A DNA stretch of 64,000 nucleotides from Trichoplax adhaerens (lineage: Eukaryota; Animalia; Placozoa), in NCBI RefSeq assembly GCF_000150275.1, contig NW_002060948.1:1263983-1327982 (forward strand), given 5' to 3'. The notes beneath the pieces were generated by a model, which saw nothing but the letters and a program-made list of their open reading frames with translations, was not told the DNA's origin and made no database searches. Position 1 is the stretch's first letter, and each line of letters starts with the position of its first letter. This document shows, piece after piece, positions 13,901 to 26,700 of the stretch. The position numbers were made by a program, and so were the translations under genes.

Positions 13901-15879
13901 TAGGATGCTAGGATTTTGTATCAAATACCAGGGTAAATAAAAATATGAAAGATCTCGGTACTGCTCTTACCGAAACTTCTAGTTTATCTATTTTACGTTG
14001 ATACTTTGCACAGTTAGATGTTTGAGCATGTAACCGATCTTCAAGATCTTTAATTTGCTCCCTCTATATAAAATCATGTAAGCATAATATATTACTTTAA
14101 CCTGGACATCACTTATTATAAGCTGACCTTAAATCATTACTTACCTGAACATGTAATTGTTCCTGGCTTTGATCGTGAGAGAGCTCGTATTTTGTCTTCC
14201 AGTCCTCGGTGCTTTTTGATTTATCTTCGAATTCTCTTAATTTTGATCGAAGTGATCGATTAAGGGCTTCATGGCGGCCAGATTCGTCATTAGTTAGCGC
14301 AATCCGATCCTAAAATTTCATAAATGCAAGTATTAGTTAATAGCTTTAAACCATGACATACGAATTCTTTGCAATTATTAATTAAAATAGAGTAATGAAC
14401 CTTTAATTCTCCGATCCTTCCCTCAGCTAGAAGCAATTTATTCTTCAATTCGTCATTCTATATCATAAGAAAAATAAAGTAGGATTGTAAATATCATACT
14501 CAATCTTTGGTGATCGGTATGTGGTATTGATAATATGACACAATAAATACTAACCTCATTCGTAACTTTACTCAGTTTCACTCTTTCATTAGCTAAATCT
14601 TCTTGAACTGCTTTGCAACTCCTTTGCATCGCTGATACCTTAGATCATAAAGTTTTAGATTATGTAATACACCGTAACATATTTTTTCATTACCACAATG
14701 ACAAAGAGTTATAGAGCTTACTTTGTCTTCCATATAACCTCTTTCAGAGGCAATTCGATCCAATTCATCTCCTACCTTCATACCTTCCAGCTATGAGGGA
14801 AACAGTGTACATGTTAAGTTTGTGTAAAATTTCGGATATACTTGGTATTATATATAAATTAATCAAACAGATTTTATCATGTTTAAGGTATTGTACATTC
14901 TAGTAGTTTATGATTGATTACTTACATATTGACGTTTTTCGTGTTTATGTATCTCACGAAGCTTCTTTTTCAGGTCGTCATTTTCTTCTCTATAAAGAAT
15001 AGTTTCGAATACAATCAGGACTAACGTAGGTAAATACTTTCATTACAATTCTGAACCATCAACAAGATTTATTAGACGAACAAAGTAATTTATTTGTATA
15101 ATATTCTAACTTTAGGACTTACCTTAGCCTTACAATAGTTCTGTCCTTCAATTCCAGTTCCTTTCTGTAAGCCTCAAGCTCATCCAAAGACTAACGTGTT
15201 TAAATTGAAATCAGATATGTTACAAAGCAACAAAAATCAGCTGCAGATAGATGTGGTGGTTATATTATATTAGAAGTTTTTAGGCTAATAAATTTATAGT
15301 TTATCAATACATTATAAAACATTGATGAAATTCTTTCCTAACTATTGAATAATATTTCTAAACAAGCTATATTTTAGTAGGGACTAAGTTGTAGATTATA
15401 GATTATAGTGGCTTTCAAAGTGGAAGCTTTAATTTCTATACTAGCTAGCGCGTTATTCCCTACACAAATCTATACTTTTGATTATTAGTGCTGTATTAAG
15501 TAATACTATTTCTAATCGATATAAGTTGGAAATAGATTACCTCGTTTAATGACGAACGATGCAGAGGAGACTTGTATTTCTTATAAGGTTTGTCGATTAT
15601 ATCATCAATTTCGCTCGTATCCAGAATACTAGATGAAGCTCCTCTCGGAGAATGATAAGACGAGGAAAGCCGTGATGATCTAGATGGACTTAAACGAGGT
15701 GATCGAATGCGGGGACGTCCAGTTGCGGAAATTCTACCGGTATCATAGCTATATTTATCCATCTCGAGATCCTTTAAAAATGTATCGTTATCGCTATCGA
15801 ATTTAACGATTTTTCTAAGTTTTGATTTTTTTGACAGATTAGGTATATGTCTGGGGCTATCACTGTCTGACCAAACCAT
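10944..15879 (-). CDS. CCDC170: Coiled-coil domain protein 170-like (C6orf97 family)
   Basis: Many short coiled-coil exons. The terminal exon LLEFRQTLARLLGLEVSTLPIPDYEIIARIEQLL matches the remembered CCDC170 C-terminal motif (LLDFR..V..MLGL...L..PDYEII..LE.L). Ser/Arg-rich first exon 15541-15879; stop TAA at 10944-10946. Confidence 0.8.
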
Positions 15880-16233
15880 TAGGTAAAGTTAACGTGGATC
15901 TTTATCTGGTAATTATCAATATACCGTAACTCGGATTGTACAATGATTATAAAATTGTACGTATACTTCTTCCAATATGAAATTTTTGAATTTCTTTCGA
16001 AAGAAATGTTCTCAAGTTCAATTTAGGTAATTTGGAGAGATTTCTTGTCGATGTTAATAAATCGTTACCAATCGATATCTGGAATTCTGTAAGTGGTAAG
16101 CTTGTGATGTTACCAATTGAAGCTGCTTAGCTGTGTGCGATATCTTCTTATTTACTACCGTCCAGCGTAACTAATTATACGTATCTTAGGTTCTTGTTGA
16201 AAAAGATCGGATAATGGAAAACAATTCTTTCCT

Positions 16234-16256
16234 GTTACCAAGCAACAGTAAACAAA
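16234..16256. promoter_or_regulatory. RFX X-box with adjacent forkhead site upstream of CCDC170
   Basis: GTTACCAAGCAAC (16234-16246) fits GTNRCC-N0-3-RGYAAC. GTAAACAAA (16248-16256) is a forkhead consensus. The pair lies about 355 bp upstream of the CCDC170 ATG. Confidence 0.6.
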
Positions 16257-16325
16257 TGTTGGAGTCGTCACATGCGCACTAGTTGAGCAATTAGTCATAT
16301 TCAGACTGGACCGAGACTGGACTTG

Positions 16326-17330
16326 AATATACAGTACTGTACAGTGTACAGTTGGACACTATATAGATGGACAGACTTTTTGACCAAATGATCGTTACTT
16401 GGTATGGACCTCCAGTGTCTCATTTTCTTAATCTCTTCTTGAAATTTTAAAACATTTATGACCTTATATAACTAGTTTCGAGTAGAAGTTACAAAATAAA
16501 ATCGATTTCAATGTAATATTACTTCATTTAGAGAAATCAGTGGATTACAAAATGTAGCATCCGCTTGTTGACATTTTTCATGACTGTACAGTACTGTATG
16601 GAGAAACGAAGTGTTTGGAAGAGGATTGTACAAGATGAAGGCAAAATGTCCGACCGTCCGAGTTAAGTCCGCGGTCTCGATCAGTGCACTGTACAGTACA
16701 GTACGGTACTGTAGAGTACAGTATCATACTGTACTGTACAGTGTACAGTACATGGCGATATTGAACACATTGCTCGTAATCTGTACAGTGTACAGTGTAC
16801 AGTACAGCTACTCAAGCTGAGTACAGTACAGTACAAAAGAAATGGATTGAATCAGTAAAAATAGGTTGAGTACTCAAACTCATGGAAACTATAGCGGTAC
16901 CGCTGTCAGAGCTATCAAGCATATACAGTAGCGTATGATGGACTACAAGCTGATCATGAACATGAGAAAATAAGGGTTCTATCCATAAGGTACGTTTCTT
17001 TTACCTCTGATTCGGTCCATGTGTATTGATTAATGATTTCTAATTTCTATAGTGATTGTAAAAGTAGAGGACAGATTCTGTCCGTCTCGTATTCATTTCA
17101 TTGGCCGTGATCCAGTGATTCAAGTCAAGGACTACAGTAACTGTCCACTGTAGTGGGGTTAGGTAAGTACTCGTACAGGGTACAGTACTGTACAGTACAG
17201 TACTGTCCTTTTCTTGAACTCTATGAACAGTACATTGTACTGTACACGTAGTGTACAATATACTGTACTGTACTGTACAGTACAATTCAAGTAGTACCGT
17301 GCTGTACAGTACAATATGAACGATGCGTAC
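16326..17330. repeat. TACAGTA/TACTGTA arrays in the CCDC170/TADA2B divergent promoter
   Basis: Dense patches at 16326-16355, 16583-16600, 16685-16836 and 17165-17315, for example gtacagtactgtacagtacagtactgt and tactgtactgtactgtacagtaca. Confidence 0.9.
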
Positions 17331-17564
17331 TGGACTCTCTGGAGTGGAGTGGAAATAAAATGAGTACAGTGATAGCGTAAGCAATCGCTTGGCCTCTGAT
17401 TGTTAAGACTTGGCAAATCCTTTCTCGTAGAAGACTAAAGTACTGTCTTACTGTCATCAAGTAAACCATTCGACGCGAAACGGCACGTCGTTGGCCGTCA
17501 GTCCAATCAGTTGAAAATTTGAATCTTCTTATTCGGTTGGCGTTGCACTCGAAATCATTGTGTC

Positions 17565-20500
17565 ATGTCAAGTAAGCTTCACCTGAATGGTAGAACTAAC
17601 ATAAACTATTGAAATGTGAAATGTCATGTTGAATTCTGTTCGTCAATTTCATTTTAGCAGACGATGTACAATGTATTAATTGTACCAATCCGATTGGTTG
17701 CAATGTGTACGTGCAATGTAACGAATGTGAAGATTTCATCTTATGCCTCCATGTAAGTTCAGATTAGTCAATGTATATACAGTGTATATGTACAGTATAT
17801 ATATATATACACATAAGGTAGTACTGTACATGATATTCAGTATAGAAGACTTGTTCTGTACAGTAGTTGTACGACAGTGACACATTGACAGTTCCATCCC
17901 AACTGTCTATTGTACAGTACAATGCCCATTGGTGTACTGTATACCGTACTGTACTGTACACTGTACCGTACAGCGCCCTGTATTAACTGAAAGAATCGAA
18001 AAAATTGGTTCTACCCCGTTGTGTCAATTTGCAGATTTTGGGACCGTTAATTCACTTTTTTACATAATAGAATTAGCGATATGATTGAAGTAGAATGTTA
18101 ATCATTTCATGTATTGAAAATATTCTATCTTTTTACCTTAGTGTTTTTCACATGGGGTCGAGCTGGGCTCGCACACCAGAGATCATGGATACATGATTAT
18201 GGTAAGAAATTCGTCCAGTGCATACTGTAGTACTACAGTACATTTGGAGTTCTCGTTTGTAGTAATAGACTACTTTACTGTCGATGCCTGGATCTACAAA
18301 ATGACAGAGACGGATTAGTTTTACCGATCTTGATGAATGCCATTCAAATTAATTCATTCGTAAGCCTATTTGTCTATTTACAGGACTTGAAATGAGAAAT
18401 AAGTAATATTATGTCACATAATAATGCGTAAAATAGAATTCACAAATGGACAAGTAGATTGGCTCAAACTAGTCACTTGATTGCTAATACGTGCTGTACA
18501 GTACAGTACTGTACATACTGGACACTGTACAGTACGTACGGTATACTGTAATACTAATCATGGGTATTAGGTAGAATACTATAGTTAAACTAATTCAGGG
18601 ATGCCACTACAACTACTATAAACAGTATGCTTACTCTACTGTAATATAGGACAAAAGCTTGCAGCTTCAAATTTGTTCCAGCTTTGTGTTGTAAAGCCTT
18701 GCACGAAGATGCAATCTAAAATATGCAGATTGCATCGTAAAACTCTACATGCTTGATGATATTCATTTTTCTTAATATATATTAACATGCCAGTGATACA
18801 GTACAGTACTACTCAGTGCATATTGCAGTATGTCATCACTAAAAGTATCTACAGAATTGTAATATACGTATAAGTATTAGATGTCAATGGCATAATGAAT
18901 CATATAGCAATGGATAGAAACCATATCAGTACATCATTGCATTATTCATTAATAATAATAGACGATGGAAGAGAGGCATGATTGACCGATTGAAAACAAT
19001 GCATTCATTATATACATATTATGCATTTGAGCTACCTCGTAAATGAATACAGTATGTAAATTGCTATCGTCATGCTTGACCTATGGATAGGTAACAATAA
19101 CAACATCCAGTATATCAGATTTACTGTAGAAAGGTGCAGCTTTTAATATAGACTTTGCATTATTGCAATCTCTGGAGAACTACTTGATGTACAGTACAAT
19201 GATTCTTATGTTGAATCATTTACTGAAACTTTATATCGCTATTGTTGTAGGCTCTAGGAATCTACAGTAAACTAGGGATGTAATTTGCATAGGCTTAAGG
19301 ATACATGAGAGTTTTCTATATTACACCCCATTGTAGAATGCAACAATTAGCTGGGATATCATTCATTGGAAAGACTTGAAGGTGTTAAAATTATCTGCAA
19401 TGCTATTCAAACAAGAAATAGCTAGCCTAAAAATATAAATAATAGTAGCGTCAGCTAAAGGCATCTTAATTCCTTCTAAAACCATTCGATTGTACGTATT
19501 AGTATCTCACCTAATGAAATACACCTTTGGTTTTAAGTAGTCTCTTTGATAACTGATGTCATAAACAGTTGACATTATACAAGTTACATTTGCTGCTGAA
19601 TTGCGATACATACCATAACAAGCTTAGTATCATATCTATAATTTACCTACTTCAGTCAAAAAATACCATTGCTATGACCTCACTCATTCAGTGTGCACAG
19701 TGAATCATTTCAAATGATAGAAAATTTTACTTGAAATCAATTCTAGGATAATGGCACGTTTCCTCTGATGGATTGCAACTGGTTAGCTATTGAGGAATTA
19801 GCATTATTGGAAGCTATAGAACAACATGGAATGGGAAATTGGTCAGTGCTAGACTAGTAAATGGAAAAGTTATTCGTTGCTGTACTGAGTATTCAGTCAC
19901 ACTTTAGGATCTACCATATTGTCTTGTCAGGATATAAATTATAAATATATAATTCTTAATTGCGATTGCAGGGACGGAGCGGCTGACCAATTAAGAACAA
20001 AGACACCACGAGGTATATTAATAACTATTAAATGATGCTATTGACATATATATAGAACAGTACATACATTCGATTATCGTCTTTTATGAGTGTTAATTAG
20101 CACATGGACTATTACGATACCTAATTATATTGATACTGCTAAATATTGTAATGTAATCATCAAATTTTTGTTGGTATCCGACTTTGCATAACCGCTAAAA
20201 AAGTAATCGGGTAACTATTCTTAGGAATCTAGTATATTAATCATTTTCATCTTCAATATAGAGAGCAGAGAGCATTACGAAAATTATTATGTATATGGAA
20301 ACATCGGTAAAGGTAAGCAGTAAAACGTAAGGCTTAATTTGAAATACTGACAGATTTTAAAACCTATAAGAAATTTTTTCTTTTTCATTTCAGCGACTAG
20401 AGCGGAAAAAAGAGTGCACCCGGTAGATCATGTTCAGTCCAGCGGTAATTCTAAAATTGAAACTATAAGTGCTGTATTGAAATATATTCGATCTAAAATA

Positions 20501-22570
20501 TAATAATTATTATTACATGTACTAGTTGCGACACAATGTGAAGCAAATACTGAAGCCAACGAAAACATGACTTTAGAAGAACAGCAAGAACTTGGATATA
20601 TGCCATTAAGGGATGATTTTGAAAGAGTAAATACACCTTTTATTGTTATTATTACTTACAGTTAGTAATTTAAAAGCAACTTCTTATAACACTATGGAAA
20701 TATCTTCAATATTTACAGGAATTTAAAAATGAAGCTGAAGAATTGGTCACCGAAATATCATTTAGTAACGACGAGCCTAAATTAGAATCAGGCATGCTAA
20801 GTTTAATCATTAGTGTTATTCGCATTAATATTTCTAAATGCTTTTAGTTAAAGTCGTTGTTATATCTGCTTTATTTAGATTATAAAATTGCTCAAACTGA
20901 AATTTATTGTCGTGATTTAAAAGACCGCCAAAGAAGAAAGAAGTAAATATGTGAATTTTTATGTGTTGATATTAAACTGAGAAATTTTAAAATAACTAAT
21001 GAAAATCAACTCGTCGTTATAATTTAACATCTTTAGTATCGCTAGACAAGCTGATCTTTTATCTGGAAAGCACAAACGAAATGGTATTTCTAAATTGCTT
21101 TGATTTCACTCAATTAGATTTGGGTGATCTAACTTTAGAGCATGTGATAACCATATAGGATTTTTTAATTATTTTTTAGTAATTAGGAGAAAGTTAAGTA
21201 AGGAGGAAAAGTAAGTCATACAATTCATAGCAGTTGTAATGCTGCATGATGAATTTATTAATCAAAAATTATGTGACATTAAATAGAAAGTTTCGTATCA
21301 AGATGAAACNNNNNNNNNNNNNNNNNNNNNNNNNNNNNNNNNNNNNNNNNNNNNNNNNNNNNNNNNNNNNNNNNNNNNNNNNNNNNNNNNNNNNNNNNNN
21401 NNNNNNNNNNNNNNNNNNNNNNNNNNNNNNNNNNNNNNNNNNNNNNNNNNNNNNNNNNNNNNNNNNNNNNNNNNNNNNNNNNNNNNNNNNNNNNNNNNNN
21501 NNNNNNNNNNNNNNNNNNNNNNNNNNNNNNNNNNNNNNNNNNNNNNNNNNNNNNNNNNNNNNNNNNNNNNNNNNNNNNNNNNNNNNNNNNNNNNNNNNNN
21601 NNNNNNNNNNNNNNNNNNNNNNNNNNNNNNNNNNNNNNNNNNNNNNNNNNNNNNNNNNNNNNNNNNNNNNNNNNNNNNNNNNNNNNNNNNNNNNNNNNNN
21701 NNNNNNNNNNNNNNCAGTGGGATTTTAGTAATGGCTCTTTTAAGTTACTGCTTTAAATAATTTGCTATCATTTATAATCTTAAGAAAATCCAGGATAGAC
21801 CTCTACTATTAGCCAATAGGAAAGAAGAGAAGTAATTGAATACGCTTGCTTATTTTAATATTACCTAATTAACTATTATTGTTCTTTGGCTTTAAAAATT
21901 TGTAGCAAATTAGTCGTAACGATATATTTCACTCCTTCTCTTTTCTCTATAGCTTTAAACCAGATGGCAATCGAAGTAACGGAGGTGATTAATGATACAA
22001 TATTCCATTTCCTTTAAAAAGCGCTCATTTGATATTATACTGAAAAGATAATAAATTGGGACTCTAACTCATGTCTTATTTTGGCATTGTAGATTTATTC
22101 AACAATATTAAACATTGCAAAGGTTTCAGTTTGCTTTCTATCAACGAAAAAAAGGTGAGAACAGCAAGAGCTGGAAATGTGCAATACGTTTTAGCTTGGT
22201 ATTAATAGATTCTGTATTAAATAATATAATATAATATTATATAATATAATATATATATATATAATCACCTTATCTAGCTATGTCATGCTCTTTCTCTCAA
22301 ACCTCCCGTGTATATAAGTGTAAAGACTTCAATTTTAAAGGTATTCAACATCATGCTATAGCTATACTATTCTAAGAAGTATTCTTAATGCCAACATGGA
22401 TCTAATTGCTGCTCTATATTCGTCATCTCCTACAGGAATTCGCAACTAAACGCCATAAACTACCAATGGGTGGTGGCATAGGAATAAAAATAGAGAAAGC
22501 TAAACGGCAACAGATATTAAAGTTTTTAAATGAGAGTGGAGTCATTAAATTTCCAAGCAATGGAAAATAA
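17565..22570 (+). CDS. TADA2B: Transcriptional adapter 2-beta (SAGA ADA2b: ZZ, SANT and SWIRM domains), interrupted by an assembly gap
   Basis: 7-nt first exon ATGTCAA|gtaagc. ZZ finger CINC...CNECEDFILCLHCFSHGVELGSHTRDHGY; SANT WLAIEELALLEAIEQHGMGNW...EHYENYYVYGNIGK; ADA box EQQELGYMPLRDDFEREF; SWIRM end KRQQILKFLNESGVI; stop at 22568-22570. GNIGK and LGYMPLRDD are 2B-type motifs. Confidence 0.9.
17780..18552. repeat. TACAGTA/TACTGTA patches in TADA2B introns 2-3
   Basis: Examples include accgtactgtactgtacactgtaccgtacag (17943-17973), atactgtagtactacagtaca (about 18222) and ctgtacagtacagtactgtacatactggacactgtacagtacgtacggtatactgta (18494-18550). Confidence 0.85.
21310..21714. other. Assembly gap (405 N)
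   Basis: Run of N inside TADA2B. Confidence 1.
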
Positions 22571-23746
22571 CGTCTGTACATAATTTTATCTTGCATTTTA
22601 TTTTTAGTAATTTGATGTACGGTAACTTGGCGTGTGCAATCGTCATTGCTACAGTAGCTTTTGTTAAAGGTATATTATGAATATTGAGTATTTATTACTG
22701 TATTATACGATATTAGATGTAATTAATGAAAAATATTTACTGTATAATATTCTCATATACACTGAAGGATTAATTTTAATTGAAAAAAATATTTCAAAAG
22801 TGCTTACCTTATATAACGTGTCTTTTTACTGTAAAGTTTGCCATTATTTACAACTCTTATTACCGAAGAATTTTTCATAAAATCAAGTTTATTTCTTTTA
22901 GTTAGGTCATTAACTGTATATTACAAATCCTCTTTTTTAATCAGATAGAATATTAGTCCTGCTTTTATCATCAATTTTAGCACGGTTAATTTAAATTCAG
23001 TTAATGACGTTAGATATTAATGCGAACAAAATCAATAGCATAAGGAATATTTATGTCTTTAAATGTTAAATTAAGTCGTTTGTAATTATTACAAAAATCT
23101 CTATAAGAAATATTTCTCAAAAGCCTTCATTTTCTAGTATTCTTAAAATTTTCATATTAATTGTTCACTTGTATATAAAAAGCCAATTGAATAAAATTAT
23201 CAAAAGTATTAACGATATAGCAACGCACCATCAGTTGCACTATTAATTTTTGTCTGAAGTATGAAATGATATGTGGCTGATCACAAATCAGTTGCAATTT
23301 TACTAATCAAAACAAACTACTAAAATGTGAATCAAGCTTAGCAAATGAATAATTTTGAAATCCAATAAGCCAATACATAATAGGTGGCATTCAAAATCAA
23401 TATGCTTTCTGAAAGCTTTTACATTTATGAATGATTTACAATATAAAATCATGTTATCACAACACGATTTTTATAAATACCGTATTAGGGTATCCTAACA
23501 TACAGTAGTACAATTTTATCATTTTCAAGATAAATCGAATATTGAATAATATTGCCAGAGTTGACATCAATAGATAGAAACGTAATTACTATATCGAATA
23601 CCAAATTTTAGCTCTACTAATACAAATCTAATTTCAATTACATTTAGGTAAAATAAGCGCAAGTATTAAAACGATTCAAGTATATTCTGCATATCAATAA
23701 ATTTCATATCGTCGCAGTGAAATCTTAAATATATTAAAGATTAAAT

Positions 23747-26700
23747 TTATACACAGAAAACAGCGCCCTCACACTTAGTACCGTAAACAATGATATCATT
23801 CCTAGATAATTTGCTGTATTCCATGAGCTTTTTATGTAATTCTGAGAATCTTGGACGGCTACCCGGCATATTTCGCCAGCACTGCTGCATAAGCCCGTAA
23901 ATTTCGACTGGACTGTCGCCAGGTATTGGTAAACGCAATGTTCCTTTTCGTAAACCTTCAGTGACTTGGTAATGCTTTAATTCACGATAAGGGAGCAACC
24001 CTAAAGAGAATACCTCCCACATAAGAACACCAAATGACCAAACATCACCTTCGATAGTGAATGCTTGCTCAAATAGCGCTTCTGGAGATCCATCTTAACG
24101 GAATGGCATTAGAGCTCGAATTCTTAGCGTAATATTCGTTTCGATAGGTATCTTTTGAAAGGCTTAAATTAGTAATTTTGACGTTCAAGGAAGAATCTAT
24201 TACGCAGTTCCTAGCAGCATATCGCTATGAATAAAGTCTCGAGCAGCCATGAATACCAAACCCGAACAAATTTGTTGGCAAATACGTAATTTGCTATCAT
24301 AATTCAAATGATCTGGAATTTCCATCGGCAGAATTTCCATCTCTCTTCGGCACGATAACAGATAACTTTTAAGGTCTCCCTAGTTTTAATATCAGATGAT
24401 TTACAGTTTGCATTATATTATTCTTACTAATAAATTACACTGTGTCATAGAGTATACCTTATCTGTATATTCCACTATTAAAGAAAGCGGCTTTTCCTTT
24501 AGGCAAACACCCAGCACTTTCACAATGTTTGCGTGCACTCCAACCCTAAGCATCATATTTACTTGATACATGAACTCCGCACGTAAAGCTTCGGTACTAT
24601 TTGACAGCTGCTTTATCGCCACTAAGGTTCTCTTTTCCTGATCTATTTTTAAAGAGAAGGAATATTGATATCAACATTTCTAACATACAGAATAATGAAT
24701 AAGTGTAGTCGTAGTGGCATTAAAAAGCCTATTCTGCAAATATCATTAAATGACTAAGGGTTAGAATATGCAAAGTTTATAATAATTGTCGTCACATTGA
24801 TTGAAATACTGTATTAAGTTAATACACAAGAAAATTAGCAAATAATGTAGGTTAAAATCATATAATTGCAAGATAATAATATACTAAGAAAATTAATTCA
24901 GATACACGCAGCAAATTAGTATTTAATTCAATCTATGAGGATAACTTTAACGCTAACTTTAACCCGTACGATATTGTCAGCAAATGTTGTGTACGATAAT
25001 TATAGCACATATATCCAGTAAAGAAAACGAAGTAATAATGTAAACAAGTCCGATGTAGTGCTCAGATACCATCGCTGAGTATACCATGCCGACGTATCAT
25101 ACAACAGCTAATTTTACCGCATAGTTTAAGAATAATTTTTTGTTTTCAGCTACATTTTTGTAAAAATTTTTAATAGATATAGAATGAAAACTGAGCTCAA
25201 TATTTACAGCAATTATACACATTCCACTAAATTGTTTATTTACACTTACAGGTAATACCCGCAGCCCAAGCTTTATAGACTGGACCAAATTTAGAATGAC
25301 CCATCGTTTCGAAAATTTTTAAGCTTTGTTTCGGAAATTCCAATCTCAATGCAGCATCGCCGATAGTAAGCCGTCGGTTTCCAACTATTACTTCGCATTC
25401 TTCTTCATAGGGGCATTCGTCATCACCCTCAGGACCTGCCACAATTTCATTAGGGAAGTTCTCGAATTGCATAATATCTTGACCAACTTTATCTAAGCAC
25501 GAATTAATACGATAGTAATCATTAATAGTAAAATCAAGGTATCTTTCAAAGAATAATCACTGCACTTACGCACCAATATCATATGTCTTCTTATCTTTTA
25601 TAGTACGACAATAGAAGTATCCTATAATCATAATTAATATATAGCCAACAGCACAAACGGCAGCTATGATAATAGTTCCTCTACTAATCTGCCTTGGTTC
25701 CTTTGGCACAACCTCAATTATCACTGATGACGATACAGACCCGTAAGGGTTTACGGCAGTGCAACGATAAGGACCACTATCATCAAATTTAATTCCACGC
25801 AGTATTAAAGTTCCGTTTTCATATATTTCATAACTTGTTACATTATCGTCAGTTGTGTTATGATAGTTACTAAGATAAGGAAACTGCCACTCCAATGAAG
25901 GTTTAGGATAACCGCCAATATCTACCTTCAAAGTTACTGTATCACCGATCGTTGCACGAATAGTAGCAAATTGATCATGTTTGGTGAAATATGGGACATC
26001 TATATAAAATATATATAAAATATATTATCATATCATCATGGCTATCATGTCTTCTCCGTAAATAATGTATACGATTCCAAATTATAGCTTACATGCTATT
26101 TTTATATTAACAAGTTTCTGTATGGACGTAATAGAATCATTTGCACGACATATATAAATGCCACTTTCATTAATACTTGGCTGATTCAATTGCAAAATAC
26201 TATCACTTTGAACGTTGGTCGCATTAGACTGGTATGGATATCCATCACGATACCAAGATACTTCAAATGGTCGTCCACTAATTACTGAGCAATTAATTCC
26301 TTTGATACGTTCATAAGGATTGAATATCAAGGTTTCAATTTCGTTAAAATTACTCAAAAAGCGTAAACGCACTGTAGAGAAAAAAATTATCAATATTGTT
26401 GATTAGTAATCACTAAAAGGGGGTATTAGTATACGTGTATGTAGCATTAATTTAAAATTGCATTATCAAATTTTTATCTTAATAGAACATACTTTTAACC
26501 GTTACGTAGGAGGTGGCAGTAATCGTGCCGCCAGTATTTTCAGCGATACAATTATACATGCCAGAATCAGACATTAAGGCTTTAGTAATTGATAAAGTCC
26601 CATTTAGATTCATAGTTATACGATCATTTAATTCAATCGGGTTGCCATTTTTAAGCCATTTTATTTCGGGCATGTAATTTCCAGTTGCCGAGCAGTCTAA

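Noticed and set aside
21246-21728. 160-aa ORF
   Set aside because: Artefact of the N gap.
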